NCBI GenBank assembly: GCA_965649825.1
Contig: OZ287702.1
Location: forward strand, 1,292,786 to 1,356,785
Reading direction: 5' to 3'
DNA from: Penicillus capitatus
Taxonomy: Eukaryota; Plantae; Chlorophyta
DNA length: 64,000 nucleotides
Shown: in pieces, positions 25,277 through 37,488 of the stretch
Position numbering within the stretch: the stretch's first letter is position 1
Layout of the letters: the number at the start of each line of letters is the position of its first letter
Made by a program: the position numbers and the translations under genes
The notes under the pieces: generated by a model
The model's input: only the letters and a program-made list of their open reading frames with translations
Databases searched by the model: none
Told to the model about the DNA's origin: nothing

Positions 25277-27497
25277 TCAGCTGATGACACAACATCCTCC
25301 TCTCTTCTTCGGTTCGCTTTCCTTCGTTTCCAGCTTTTCGTGTAAATTTTCAATTTCTATCTCCAACACCTAAAGGCGACAGACAGGCATCGTTCGAGAA
25401 CTGGCCATTTGGATTCGGTCCGGACTTTGATTTTCGACTCAAGCCTCGCACGCTCTTCGGCTTCGCTTCTGGTTTGTGCGATCGCATCGTCAATCTGATC
25501 GAGTGCGAAGACGATCAGGGAGAAAAGACAGTAGGTATGATGTTGCGTACCTTTGCTCCAAAGGTTACCATCTGGTCACGCTGTTCTTCTTGTGCTCGCG
25601 AGAAATCGCGCCTCTGATTCTCTTCTTCCAATGCGATGCGTCTGAACACACGTGTTGGCGCCACGACGCATTCGACATGTATGCCATCTTACCGCAGCTC
25701 CAAGATCTTGGATTCCCGATGAGACAGCTCCATATCTTGCTCCGTTCTCCGTTCTTGCTCGAACTTCATTTGATCACGATACATCTCCTCGATGCGATCA
25801 GACTGAGCGGTGGCACGCGACACGATTGTCTAAAGAGACGGCGCCGCCGGCTTCGCTGATGCGTCAAGGACACGGCATATACTTTTAGATTTTCGTAGTT
25901 TTCCATGAGATCATGGATCTGACGCCTGGTCTGCGATTCCTCTTCCTGCTTTGTGCTATTCTCAGTCGCCGCCGCCGTTTCTTTAACAAAATCTTCGACT
26001 GTCATCATTCTATCTTGCAGATCCTGGAACCTGTTCTCCATCGTGTGGCCCAATTGAGCAGCTTTTTCTGCCGTTGCCTTCGCCTCTTGAACAGATCGTT
26101 GTGTATCCACAATCTGACGCCGCTCGCGCGATCATGTTTCTATACAATCGTTCAGGGGCATACCTGTTGCTCGAGGCTGTTTATCTGAAACTGTTGACCT
26201 TCTTCTGTTCGAGACTGCTTCCGCGTCTCTTCTTTCAAATTGACGGTTGCATCCTCCCATTCTTTCACCCGTGCCAAAACTGAGCCAAGCGAAGAACGCG
26301 CCGTTTCCTTGAGGGATTCCACCATTTCACGCAGGTCTTCGCTTTGCTCTTTATTGTGGCGGGTTTCGTCGCTGATGCTATTGATGCGGGGACGCAGTTC
26401 GCGCAGGTGGGCCTCTTGAAATTTCAATCTTTGGTCCAACTCTGCGAGCTGCCTACACAACATCACCATCTGCACTCCATCCTCTCCCCAAACGGTGATG
26501 GAAACGTGCCTGTCCTGGCTCTCAATGCAACCTGTTAGACTCTCAACCTTGTCAAAGTTTTCTTGGCTTTCGTTCAAAAAGTGCTCTATGTTATCAGCGC
26601 GGAATCCCAAATCTTGCAGCTCGCTCTGAAGGCCCTGCAGTCATCCCATATCAGCACCGTTGAGCACCCCAACCGTCCGTGCCACACTTGTATCGCCATT
26701 TCGTGGAGCTGCAACTGTTTTCGCGGAAGAGATCTCTGCGTCACGTCATTGTATTTTGCATAGCCCTTTTCTGGAGAACTGCTCAAGTGTTTCATCCTTC
26801 TTGTCTTGGCCGAAGGAATTTGGTGTTGGTTATCATAAGTCATCTGTGCTTTGGGACGTCCTCTGGGCGTCATCGGAGAAGGATTTCGAGAAAAGGAAGT
26901 GCGTTTTTGTTCTGTTGAAGAATCACTGTTGGCATCGACGGACAATGCCTGAATCAAGTCACTCTGTTCGGCACTAATCAAATCCAGTGGAGTATGACCA
27001 TCCTGCACAAGCCTCTCCTCTCTCCTCCTTTCCACCCAGGCATTTACTTTATCTTTGGTATCGATGCGTGCGCCTGCTGAAATCAGCTCATGTACGGTTT
27101 CTTTTGTCCCTACCAGCACGGCGACGTGCAATGGAGTCTGGCCATCTCGATTCTTGAACCGCAGAGTGTGGCGCATGCCAGGCCCGAGAAGAGCCAATAC
27201 GGCACCGACGCAGCCACTCTGGCAAGCAAGGTGCAGTGGCGTATTTCCATACTTGTCCGCCACATCGAATTTTGCCTCGTGTGCGAGAAGCTCGCGAATC
27301 ATATCTTCATTACCCATCGCAGCAGAACGATGCAGAGGCGTCTGACCATCCTAATGCACAGCGATATAGGGAGACGACACGCACGGCCACCTCACAGTAG
27401 GTGTCGTCGCATGCAGAGCTCCGGGGTTGATGGAAAGCTGCTTTCGCACGTTGCCTATATGACCGCGGTCGATATCGCGAAAAATCTGCGGCGTCAT
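25277..27497 (-). CDS. Ankyrin repeats + long coiled coil + C-terminal polybasic-CaaX protein, multi-exon
   Basis: DGQTPLH/GNTPLHLAC ankyrin exons splice (CAA|GTGTGG...CTGCAG|GGC) into heptad-rich exons; last exon reads VLEIEIENLHEKLETKESEPKKRGGCCVIS-stop. Confidence 0.8.
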
Positions 27498-27665
27498 GAC
27501 CCTCGAAACTCACAAACGGAAGTGACTACAAAGACAGTTCGACGCCAAGGCTGAACTTTAAATGCGGTGATGGTTACTAGGAAGCGACTGCTTTTCGTAC
27601 ACCACCCTATCTGACCCGTAAGACAGCCAGCTTCTCGTCGACATCCGTCCAAGACAATCGCACCT

Positions 27666-29272
27666 ATGGCATCCTTTGCCGCTCATATCATGGCGACGCT
27701 CCAAACGCGTCTCCTGCACCACGGGAGCGAAGAGGCGACGCAGATGGAGATGCGATCAGAGCTGCAGACGATCGAGGCGAAACTGAAGGATCTCCTGTGG
27801 AAAACAGTCCTGGACGATGAAAACGCATCCGTGCTGCTCTATGGCTACCCAGGAGTGGGCAAAACGCTGGTCCGATGCTCGTCGGTGCTCGGATCGAGTG
27901 ACGTCTCTCGAGACAGGTCGTTGAAAGAGCGCTGCGCGCGTTGAGTGAGGAAGTGAACGGGGAGATCCCTGTTCTGTGCGTTGTTCGATTAAGTGGTGCT
28001 CTGGAGGGAGATAAGATGGATGGATTCAAGTCGATTGCCCGCCAGCTGTGTGCGTTTATGGATATCAAATTTGTTTCCCATATCTCAGCCGATCGAAACA
28101 TCAAGTTTCTCCAGGCGGCACTGAAGAAGCTGCACCAGTGCGTCCCATCACAGGATGTCGAGATCGACCCGCGGTGCTCTCTAGGGCGCATCGGTGCTGC
28201 GTTTTCGTTCTGGACGTCTTCGAGCGATTCGTGCGAGATTCCGAGAAGCAGGAGATTGTCTACACGCTTCTGGATGCGCTGCAGTTGCGAGATGTCCGTG
28301 CAACGGTGATCGGCATGACAACCGATTTCCAAGTCAAAACGGACTTTGACAAAAGAGTCCATTCGCGATTCTCACACAAATCGTGGATGGTGCCCAAAGT
28401 CTGTGCGAGTTTTGATCTCCCTCCTTCAAAAATGGGTTCTGCAGTGCAGTGATCTTCTTCCGCTGTTGCAATCCATGTTGAAGATGCCGGCGACAAAGAA
28501 GAATGAGAAGAAACGCATCGAAAAGTACAATGTCTCTGTCGAGCAGTCCATCTCTGATGCCACCACTCAGGTGCGTCCAACCAAGAACACCCTGTCTCCG
28601 AGAGATGTCCGACAGGAGTGGCTGAAAGCCGAAAAGGGACGATTTGGTGTGAGAGATGCACGAGCCATTGCTCTGCTGACCATCTCGAATGCAGCACTGC
28701 GAGAAGAGAAGTCTTTTAGAGTGAAGCCTGAAGACGTGCAGATGGCGGTACAGGAATGCATCCACAGTCATGACCCTCACGTAAATGACGACATTTTCAG
28801 ACGGATTGGATGATCGTTGTGCGTCTCTGTAGCCTTTGAAGATCTCTCAGATGGCCACCCCTCACCTCTACATGCTCGTTGCCTGTCAGCATCTGCAACC
28901 TGGATTCACTCATAAAGTACGCACACCTTGCATCACCTCTGTTATGAGTGGTGTGTGGTATCCAGGCTGCTTTCGCTAAGTATGAGTGCTTTATTCGTAC
29001 GCAGAATACGTGTGATATCTTTGATGCACCTCTCATGACACAAGCGTTCGAAGATCTCGTGCACGAAGACCTCATCTCATGCACAAGAGAAACGAAGTGT
29101 GTTCGCCATTTGCGCTGCTCTTTGCCCTATCCATTTCTGCAGGCACAAGGAAATCTTGGTGTCACCCTTTGACTTGTTCTCATTGAATGTGACGCGAGAC
29201 GAGATTCAGCAAGGAATCCTCCGCCATCCCTTTCGATCCACCATGCTACACGTGTTCTTCAAATCCGAATAG
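27666..29272 (+). CDS. ORC4: Origin recognition complex subunit 4, multi-exon
   Basis: TVLDDENASVLLYGYPGVGKT (Walker A), VFVLDVFERF..KQEIVYTLLD (Walker B region), FDKRVHSRFSH; C-terminal winged-helix exons end FFKSE-TAG. Confidence 0.88.
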
Positions 29273-29368
29273 TCACCGTGTTCGCCATACATGTCTCTGT
29301 CAAACGCACATAAACGAGCACTGTCCTTTGGGCAAGAGTTAAAGGATGTCCATTTTCAAACAAAGATA

Positions 29369-31949
29369 TCAGGCACTGATGCATTCTCCTTCCTGCAGAG
29401 CCTCCTGTTCTTCACTATCGCCCTTCTCTGCACGAAAGAGCCCCTGACAAGGCTCCATGGCGTAAGGCAGCAATTCCAGATCACTCAAATTGACACTCAT
29501 TAGATCAAAGGCGATGCAAACGCCGGCATGCACATCTGCCTCTACGACTGGCACCTTGGGATACCTGCACAGAATATGCCAGAAACTGAAGCCAGACCTT
29601 AAGGGGGAAAACCTTTGACTGAAGTGTGTAAGAATAGTACGGTAGGCATTGGCCTCTTTGGCGATGCGAATGGCATCTTGCGTTGTGCTGTGCTTCTTCA
29701 GCAGTGCTTCCGTTTTCATGTCCTCTTCAAAAGTCGCCTCGTGAATCAACAGCGTTGCCTCTTTCGCGTGATATCGAACGGCATCGCATGGCACAGTATC
29801 GCCCGAATAGACGACTTTCCATCCCGCTTGGCCCGTGAGGGCTATGCCATAGGCGAAGGGACAGTGATCTACTGGGAAACTCTCAATGCTCTTTAGATTC
29901 AGCACGTCTTTGATGGATGCGAGCAATTCCATCGAATCCCTGTGGCACAAGAATGTCGACACCGTTGCTGGTCGTTTGTTCAAGGTTTCTCACTCTTGTG
30001 GGACGCGTGGCCTCTTTGGCTTTGGCAGCGTCGCATTCGTTTCGTAGATGCAAAGATATTTAAAATGCAGCGGCTCGAGCTCTTCGTAGTTCTGCATCGT
30101 TGAACGGAGGAACGGAGGACCCATGAGCAACAATGGCGGCGCCGTCTTGTCAACCTAACACCATACATCCCACGTTCAGGGCCAAATTCTGTAGGCAGTG
30201 TGATTTGACCAGTTTCCGTCGTTCTCTCAGTATTGTCGGCAGTCCGATGTGATGATCTGCGTGGATGTGGGAAATCCAAATACACCTGGACGACATCCGG
30301 CGCATCTTCCTTCCACTCGGCCGGGATAATTACCTGAGTTTCTGAATGGCTCTTTTCGCACCTTCTTTGCCAAAGCGACGGATCAACTGGCCGTGGGATC
30401 CTTCCCCGCAGTCCAGCATGACACCCCCTCTGTCAAAGAAGTCCAAATAGATGCCTGACACATTTCTGTATTTCGAAGGAATGGAGGCGCCTGTGCCCAG
30501 AAATGTCACTTCCAGTTCATCCGATGGAAAGTGCCGATCGTTCCGTGCATCGTCCGCCTGTTTTCTTCGCTCGTGAAACTGCCCAATCCGTTCCAGCACT
30601 TCGGGATCGTCCTCTTTGAGGTCATCGGCGACCTTTGAACGACAGAATGGCTCCAGAAGCTGTGATGTATCTACTCCTTTCTTTCCTAGCGGTTTCAGAT
30701 GATAACGCATGAGATCTTTTCCCATAAGCACTTCATCGCGCTGCCATTCCTCCAAAATGGGCGTCGTTATCTGGGGATATGGGAAGTAGTCGTTGTCGAC
30801 CAGATTCAGCTTCGCCTGCACGATGGCAGCCTTGCGCATGATTGCGGTGGCATTGACGGCGCGCTGATTGACGAAGATATGACGGACATCGTTGGGAAAC
30901 CGATCCATCCACTTTTGATACGGCCCATTGGAGACGATCTCGTATGGACCCAGATGCACCATCACCAATTCCCTGTTCAGATCCGATTTCTCATAGAACC
31001 GCTCGAATCCAGGAGCAGAGAACAGTGCAGAGAAGTAATGACGATCTGGGCAGTCGACGATGAGGACGATGGGTCCAGGCATAGACGGCTCCATGACTTC
31101 ATGCGGATGCACGACACGTCCATTAGAGCCTCCAACACAGGCACCATCCACAAGTTTCGAAAACTCTGGCCCGGCAGGGACACCGAGCGCTCGTGCCTTC
31201 TCGGGCAAAAATTTTCCTTTGATCTCGCTCAGCTGACATACATAACAGGCAGCAGGGACAATACTCTTCCAATCCGTTGTCTGTAGGAAAGGATTTAGGG
31301 ATTCGACGGAGCCCGTCGGCTCAGGGATCAGAAGGATCGGTCGGATCTCCACCTGTTCGTTGGCGACGATGGGCTCTCCCAGAGATCCTGCCGTGACCTC
31401 GGAGCCAAAATTGGAGCATCCCAGGCCCTTCAGCGGAATAGATACAAATGAGCTCAACGCCTTTAAGTACTGATCGAGTTTCACAGGACCGTGCAGCTGA
31501 AACACCGTCGAGCCAGCTGAACTGTGGATGCCGTTTTCGGAGAGAGTGATGAACAGTCCAGGCACGCCTCCTGCCGCTTCGGTCGTCATCCGGGTCAGAA
31601 ACACGTCACTCAGTTTTCCCAGTTTCAGCCGATGCTGATAACAGTATCTCTGAAATCCTTCACCGACGTTGAAGACGTAGCGGTAGGAATCAAAGAAGAG
31701 CAGCACAGAGGGCATGGTATCTCCTGTATCTGTCCCGTTGCCCAAAATCTGGAGATAGCTCTCGGTGTGTCTGTAGCTTTTTTTCCTCGTCGTCGCCATC
31801 GCCGTCGATTCGACCGCCTTCTTCGACAGGACTGCTTGGAATACCTTTTTGGAGTTGGAGACGAAAGGGGATGACGTCAGGGGTCGCTGGTAGCGCTGAA
31901 CTTTGTGGAAACTGCAGAAGATCGCGCGCCGCGCTACGAAGGAACGCAT
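29369..31949 (-). CDS. TRZ: Long-form RNase Z (tRNase ZL, ELAC2/TRZ1-like)
   Basis: YLQILGNGTDTGD, FNVGEGFQR, GKFLPEKARALGVPAGP, FLGTGASIPSKYRNVS, WISHIHADHH, VYSGDTVPC, LIHEATF, ILTHFSQRY. Confidence 0.95.
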
Positions 31950-31972
31950 CAAGCGACAGCAGCTCTTATGTT

Positions 31973-33772
31973 TTATAATGACTGCAGATGCGATTTCGCA
32001 GTGTCGAAACTGGTTCGATACATGAAGGCCTGTGAAAGGATCAGTTCGATCTCCTGTTCAGTCCATTCCTGAGTGGGCGGACGCTGGAGAAGAAGAACGA
32101 TATCTTGGAAATCGAGGACCTTCACCATCTCTGCCCACTGAAGCAGGAAACATGCACAAACATACACCTGGTCACACATGACGTGTGTGAGATGAGCTGC
32201 TCAGACGAAGGCAAAGGACGCTACCAAGAAATCACGGAAATTCGAGCCTTCAGAGAGGTAGGTGTCCCATAGACGAAAAGCCAGAGAGAATGGGATTTCC
32301 CTCAGCAGGAGACAATTGACCCAGCGAAATGCAAATTGAAGAAAATCGATGCCATTCTCATCCAAGTGATCGGCTGTTCCTCCGTCAATCCGCCTGTCGT
32401 GTACACAACCGGATCGACAGATGGAGAAATGAAAAGGGGGTGCTGACCGAATGAGTTCACGGATCTTGAAGACGGCGCGTTGGATGCCTGGCTGTGCAGA
32501 AGTGTAGTGATCTTGAATACTGTCCAGTATTTTGCAGAGACACCAATAGGAATCCGCTTCGACATTCAACAATGCTTCCTACAAAGAACGCAAATGGTGA
32601 GCGTCAGCCTGAGTTTCTCAGCATACCTGTGAAATATGTGAGACATCCCAAGATTCGATGGGACCTTCACAATGCTCAGAGAGAAAGACAACGAGAAAAG
32701 GAGTGACCAAATCGTTGATTCCCTGAACGTAACCGCTTGCCGGATGCCTGCATCGAATTCCACTTGATGCATGAGAAACGAGCCAAGAGTGACAAAAGTG
32801 TGACCTGATGCCCCAGACATAGAGAATGTGCTCCAAGGACTTCTGCAGGCGTTCCGTCTGAAGAATTTGAACCCCGGGGGCTGTCCGGGGAACATCGACC
32901 ACCACTTGACGCAACGCTCCAATCTACGCATTCCCATAGGCCAATAAGTGTGACGAAGAAAGTGTGACATGACCTCCTCCTCGGAACGGATATCTTGTAG
33001 ATGATAGCAATACTCTGCCACCAAATCATGATACTCCTTCCTCTTTCTTCCCAGAACGGTAACTTGCCTCTCCCTGAAATGCATGCGCCACGATCAGCAC
33101 GGACTGGACGCAGGGATGCGCGTGGACTTGTTTGGCGGCAAGTAGTTTAGCAGAAGCTTCCAGATCTTTGGTCGCAACTGTGGAGGGACACCACTCCATG
33201 CCAACTCTCTCAGTGCATCCAGATTAACCTATCTTGTACATGTCTGTCCCTTTCTGCCGGTCGTCGTTCTTTCCCTTACCATATCCGATTCCAAGATCTT
33301 CTGAAATTTCGCGATGCGCACAGCGGAGGAGCTCCGATTTTGTGTTGGCTTTTCTCCGTCTTGCACTGGATTGGTTGCCATCTCCAACGGCATTTCGCCG
33401 CGTTCAACTTCTTCTTTTGTCTGAAAAATAGAGGATGGGATCAAGCAAGAAGTTGCAAAGCGGTTCAGGACCTGTTCTCTGAAATTCATGGGAAGATTTG
33501 AGAATTCTGTTTCCGAACCTGTCCGTGAACGTTGAATTTGACGCATTGGACGCTTCGGTGCGTTGGAATGGTTATTTTTCTCGCCGTCTTGATCCTGACT
33601 GCGACGCAGACGCACTGTCCCGGGAAAGGCTCTTCCTCTTAGGTAACTACCGACGACCGGAAACGCCTCAACAAAGTGAAAGGCCATACAGGGAACAGCG
33701 CGTGTACTTTTGAACGTTGCGAAATCCCGCGCCGATGCGTTCGACAGAGGATGGCTTCTCAGAACTGCTCAT
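31973..33772 (-). CDS. TBC-domain Rab GTPase-activating protein (GYP1/TBC1D22-like), multi-exon
   Basis: VDVPRTAPG (IxxDxxR finger), HPASGYVQGINDLVTPF (YxQ), EADSYWCLCKILDSIQDHYT, LQFAFRWVNCLLLRE, WTEQEIELILSQAF. Confidence 0.93.
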
Positions 33773-34067
33773 TTTTGTTAAATACAGGCAGCGAACGTAG
33801 CAATTCAATTCAGTTAAGAACACCAAGAGTCTTCGACGAACGGATATCTGCAAACCGCTCAGAGAAAACGTCACATCAGCTCTTTACAATGAAAACAGAG
33901 AAAGCCCAAACGGCATCACAAGAGCAGTTTCCAGAGATGTCCATCCCAAGGCACCGCCGTCACAGTCGTAGGGACACGTTACGTCTAACAACGAAAGCAC
34001 TGAGGCATGACTTGTCAGAAGAGGCGAGGCAGGGATGGTAGAAGGCGTTGCCTGCGCTCGGGAGTCT

Positions 34068-34300
34068 TCAGTCGAGGCATTGGCGATAGCAGTAGATCAG
34101 GCCGCCGAAGAAGGCCATCCAGATGATGAAGCCGATGCAGCTCATGTTTGACTGGTTCCACTGCGCGCAGAGATTCGAATTGCAAGTGATGATGACGTCA
34201 GCCTTGTCATCGATGCGGCAAAGCTCTGGGAATGGCGTATCTCGCGATGAGGCGTCTCTCTCTTACCCGACAGACACGAATTGGCGCCTTCTCCGAAAAA
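34068..34300 (-). CDS. Candidate small Cys-rich single-TM protein
   Basis: Reads LCRIDDKADVIITCNSNLCAQWNQSNMSCIGFIIWMAFFGGLIYCYRQCLD-stop; no start resolved, and it may overlap the CGL160 5' end. Confidence 0.2.
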
Positions 34301-35451
34301 GGATACTTCTCACAGGCAGATCCGAACGGTCTGAAGTAGAATCGCCTGTTGCGCTGTGTAGAAGACGTTGTTGTGTGTAGCGGATGTGCGTTCATCGAAG
34401 AGACGCCCCAAGAGCTATGATGTCACAAAAAGAGAAGGGTTTTCGGATTTTATTTGGAACACCGATTGGCAATCGCAAGTGAAGACGCCTTATAGACATG
34501 CAAGAGTGCGGGTGCAATTCTGTTTCAGTTAGATAATGAACAAGAGGCGAAGGAAAGAGGCATTCAAGAAAAGGAAGAGAATAAACGACGGCCTTCTGGA
34601 TTCCTAAGTCTCTCCAGAGCTGCAGATTTGAACGAGTGACTTTCTGCTTATTCCTCAGCGATGTGGGCATGACGCCTTGATGCAGCATGTCTGTGGATCT
34701 CAGCGATCGACTGCGTGGAAAAACAGAAGAGCCTAACGCTTCCTTGGCTGCCACAAACGCAGCTCGGCAGTACGTCCCTCCAACTCAAGTAGAAACGGCA
34801 AGAGTCAAGTGGGCGTCCTGAATTCTCCTCATATTCGGCAGAAAGAGGCAACTGATTGGGCCAGAAACACACGTTTTGCAACACGAGCGTTCGCTCTGGA
34901 CTTGGATGCCGACGGGCAGAATGCCGCAGAGAGAGATGCCGAAATGTATCGCCAAGAGAATGTGGAGATTCTTCTGTGGAATGCCGGTTTGATCGGCATC
35001 TGTTTTACAGCAACTTACGGCTTCTACACACAAGTGCGTCTTGTCATTTTCGCTTCTCAACACTTTAACGTCGTCATTTGGTAGGATCTCGCACTGAGTT
35101 ATCTGACAGGTGCTTGTGGAGGCCTGATCTATCTACGTTTGCTCAAGAAAGGCGTCGAGAGCATTGGAGCCACGAACCAAGTCTCATCCCTTGCAGCGCA
35201 GCCACGTCTGCTTGTCCCCGTCATTCTTGTCATGGCTTTTAACAGGTCTCATTTCTGAACGTATTTATGCGCATGCATTCTCATATGGACATAGGTGGAA
35301 TGCTTTGGCTGGGGATCGACTCGGTATACATTTGGAACTGCTGCCTATGTTAATTGGTTTCTTTACTTACAAGGCAGCGATTGTCGGTCGACAGTCTCTC
35401 CTTCTCTTTCAGCAGATGGTTGCAGAGATTGCAGGAGAGGGGAAGAAATGA
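34232..35451 (+). CDS. CGL160: CGL160 chloroplast ATP synthase assembly factor (AtpI-related); start uncertain
   Basis: DFIWNTDW, GFLSLSRA, and C-terminal AQPRLLVPVILVMAFNRWN..LELLPMLIGFFTYKAA match plant CGL160. Confidence 0.88.
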
Positions 35452-35466
35452 TGTGCCGTGTTTTGT

Positions 35467-35810
35467 CTATTTTTTGAGTTTTCTCAGAATGGCAGCCATC
35501 TCTTCCCTCTTCTTCTTTCCACGCTTGTGCGTTCCGAGCTTCTTCTTCGCAACCTTCAAGGCGCGTTTGTCTTTTCCGACTTTCAGCAACTCCATGATGC
35601 GACGTTCATAAGGGGCAAAGCCACAGACTTCTCGAACAAGCTCACGTACAAAAGCCGTCCGTTTTCCGATCTGAAAACAGAGAGCAGTGGGTCGGCGAAC
35701 GGGCGTAGAATGAGACGCCGTACAGCGCGCGGTTGTTTGGGCTTCTGTTGAAGCTTTGTCGTCGGATATCCCTTATCCAGACCAACGGCGATGCCAGTAT
35801 GCGTCGACAT
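35467..35810 (-). CDS. RPL36: 60S ribosomal protein L36, 2 exons
   Basis: [10 protein letters not shown]; after a 53-nt intron [52 protein letters not shown]. Confidence 0.96.
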
Positions 35811-36424
35811 GGCAGCGAAGGATCAGTGTCGGCGGCGAAGGGAAATGACCCTTGATGTGTTAAGCAAAATGCAAAATGAAGAACGAAATGAAGTGATCTT
35901 GTCATGTCTTCATATCCAACGCCTCTGTGTCAAACCGACAGGACATTCTACATTGCAACCAGTATCCCGTTTGCGAGGAAAGAAAAGAACTTTGATATTC
36001 TGTAGCAACTGTAGAGAGGAGATGCCAGAACTGGTTCAATGTCAAAAACAGGCAGCAGAACGAGAACGATGACAACGCTGAGGTGGTAAGCAAGCAATGT
36101 AGAGGCAGTGACATCGATAGAGAGATTCCAGGACGGGTCAGCTTTCGAAGAAACGCAACAAGATCTGTGATGCAAAGAACTTTGATACGTAGACACGTGT
36201 CGTTACAAAGAGCGAGAACGCGTTTCCGTCTCCGAAAGTTCGGCTGGCCAAGTCACACGTGTGACTTCATAGATACATTCTCGAGGCGGCGTGGACAAAA
36301 TGGTCAATCAGTGACATCGTTGCATTTCCAACGAGATCTAGGCGCCAACATCCAAGCCGACTGTGCGTTCTTAATGCACGGAATGACTCACAGGTCGACT
36401 AATTTGGCCTGGCGTTGACAGAGG

Positions 36425-37488
36425 ATGTCGTCGGATGTCGAATATTGTGTCGACAATCTCGTCAAGGGTATCGCGGCCAAGACCGTAGGGCGATGAAAAC
36501 AAGATGTGCGTGACCTTAGGAACGAAGGAACGGGTGCCAACACGATATGGATGTGTGACGGTCACACTTTGCGGCGACCGGTCGAAGACGCCATGTGTGA
36601 CGTACCACGATGTCGGGTTGAATCACGAATCGTGTTTCACAAGTCTTCTCGTCTGCAGCGCCGCCACATCGTTGCTCTCAGACAACGTGTGCTTCTTTCA
36701 CATCGACGCTCCCGGAACAGAGGTGCGATGTGGTTCCAAAAAGCATGTCGCCGTTTGACGCGGTCCGCGACAGAACGGGGAGGATTCCATGCCACAAGAA
36801 ATCCTGCCGCTGACATTGGAGAAACTGGCTGACCAGGTCGAAGATGTTATCCAGCACTATGGCCTCCCTCGATGCATGGGTACGCTCTTGGGTCGCCAAG
36901 GAGGTTACTCAATGGCGTGTTAAAGGAATGGGCGTCGGTGCAGGTGGATACGTGTTGACGCTTCATGCTGTCAATTACCCAAAAAGTGTCTTCGCTTTGG
37001 TGCTGCTCTCACCGGCATGCACTCAAGCGAGTTGGTGGGAATGGTCTTTTGGATCCGTCGCTTTGTGGTACATGAAGTTTCGAGGACTCCATGGCTTCGC
37101 TCTTGACCATTTGGCGCATCGACTGGTTTCTGGACGGTCTGCTGAATTGATGCTGACCCTGAGGAAGGCAATTGGGCACATGTCGCCAAGTGGAGTGTAC
37201 CATTACCTCGCTGCTGTTCTGTCTCGTCCGGATTTGGTATCGAGAATTAAGGAGTTGCAAACGGAAAGAGTCTTGTTGCTATGGGGATATGAAGCACTCT
37301 ACAAAACGGACAGTTGTGAGATGAATCGAGAATTTGTGCAACATCGAGATAGAGTTGGATGGTCAGAAATCGACAATTGCGGGGTACTTCTGACAGAGGA
37401 GAGTCCGTTTCGCATTTTGGACGAGATGTACTATTTCGTGCGAGCATTGCAGGCTCGTGGATACTGTCTAGACTGGAAAGTGGAGTAA
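36425..37488 (+). CDS. NDL: NDRG/NDL (N-myc downregulated-like) alpha/beta-hydrolase-fold protein
   Basis: TYHDVGLNHESCF, FHIDAPG, GMGVGAGGYVLTLHAVNYP..LVLLSP, CGVLLTEESP. Confidence 0.92.

Noticed and set aside
33900-34070. Selenocysteine or TGA read-through joining CLD*RLPSA to a GPI-like tail
   Set aside because: It requires an assumed GC intron, no SECIS was identified, and the TGA follows a natural TM-plus-basic C-terminus.
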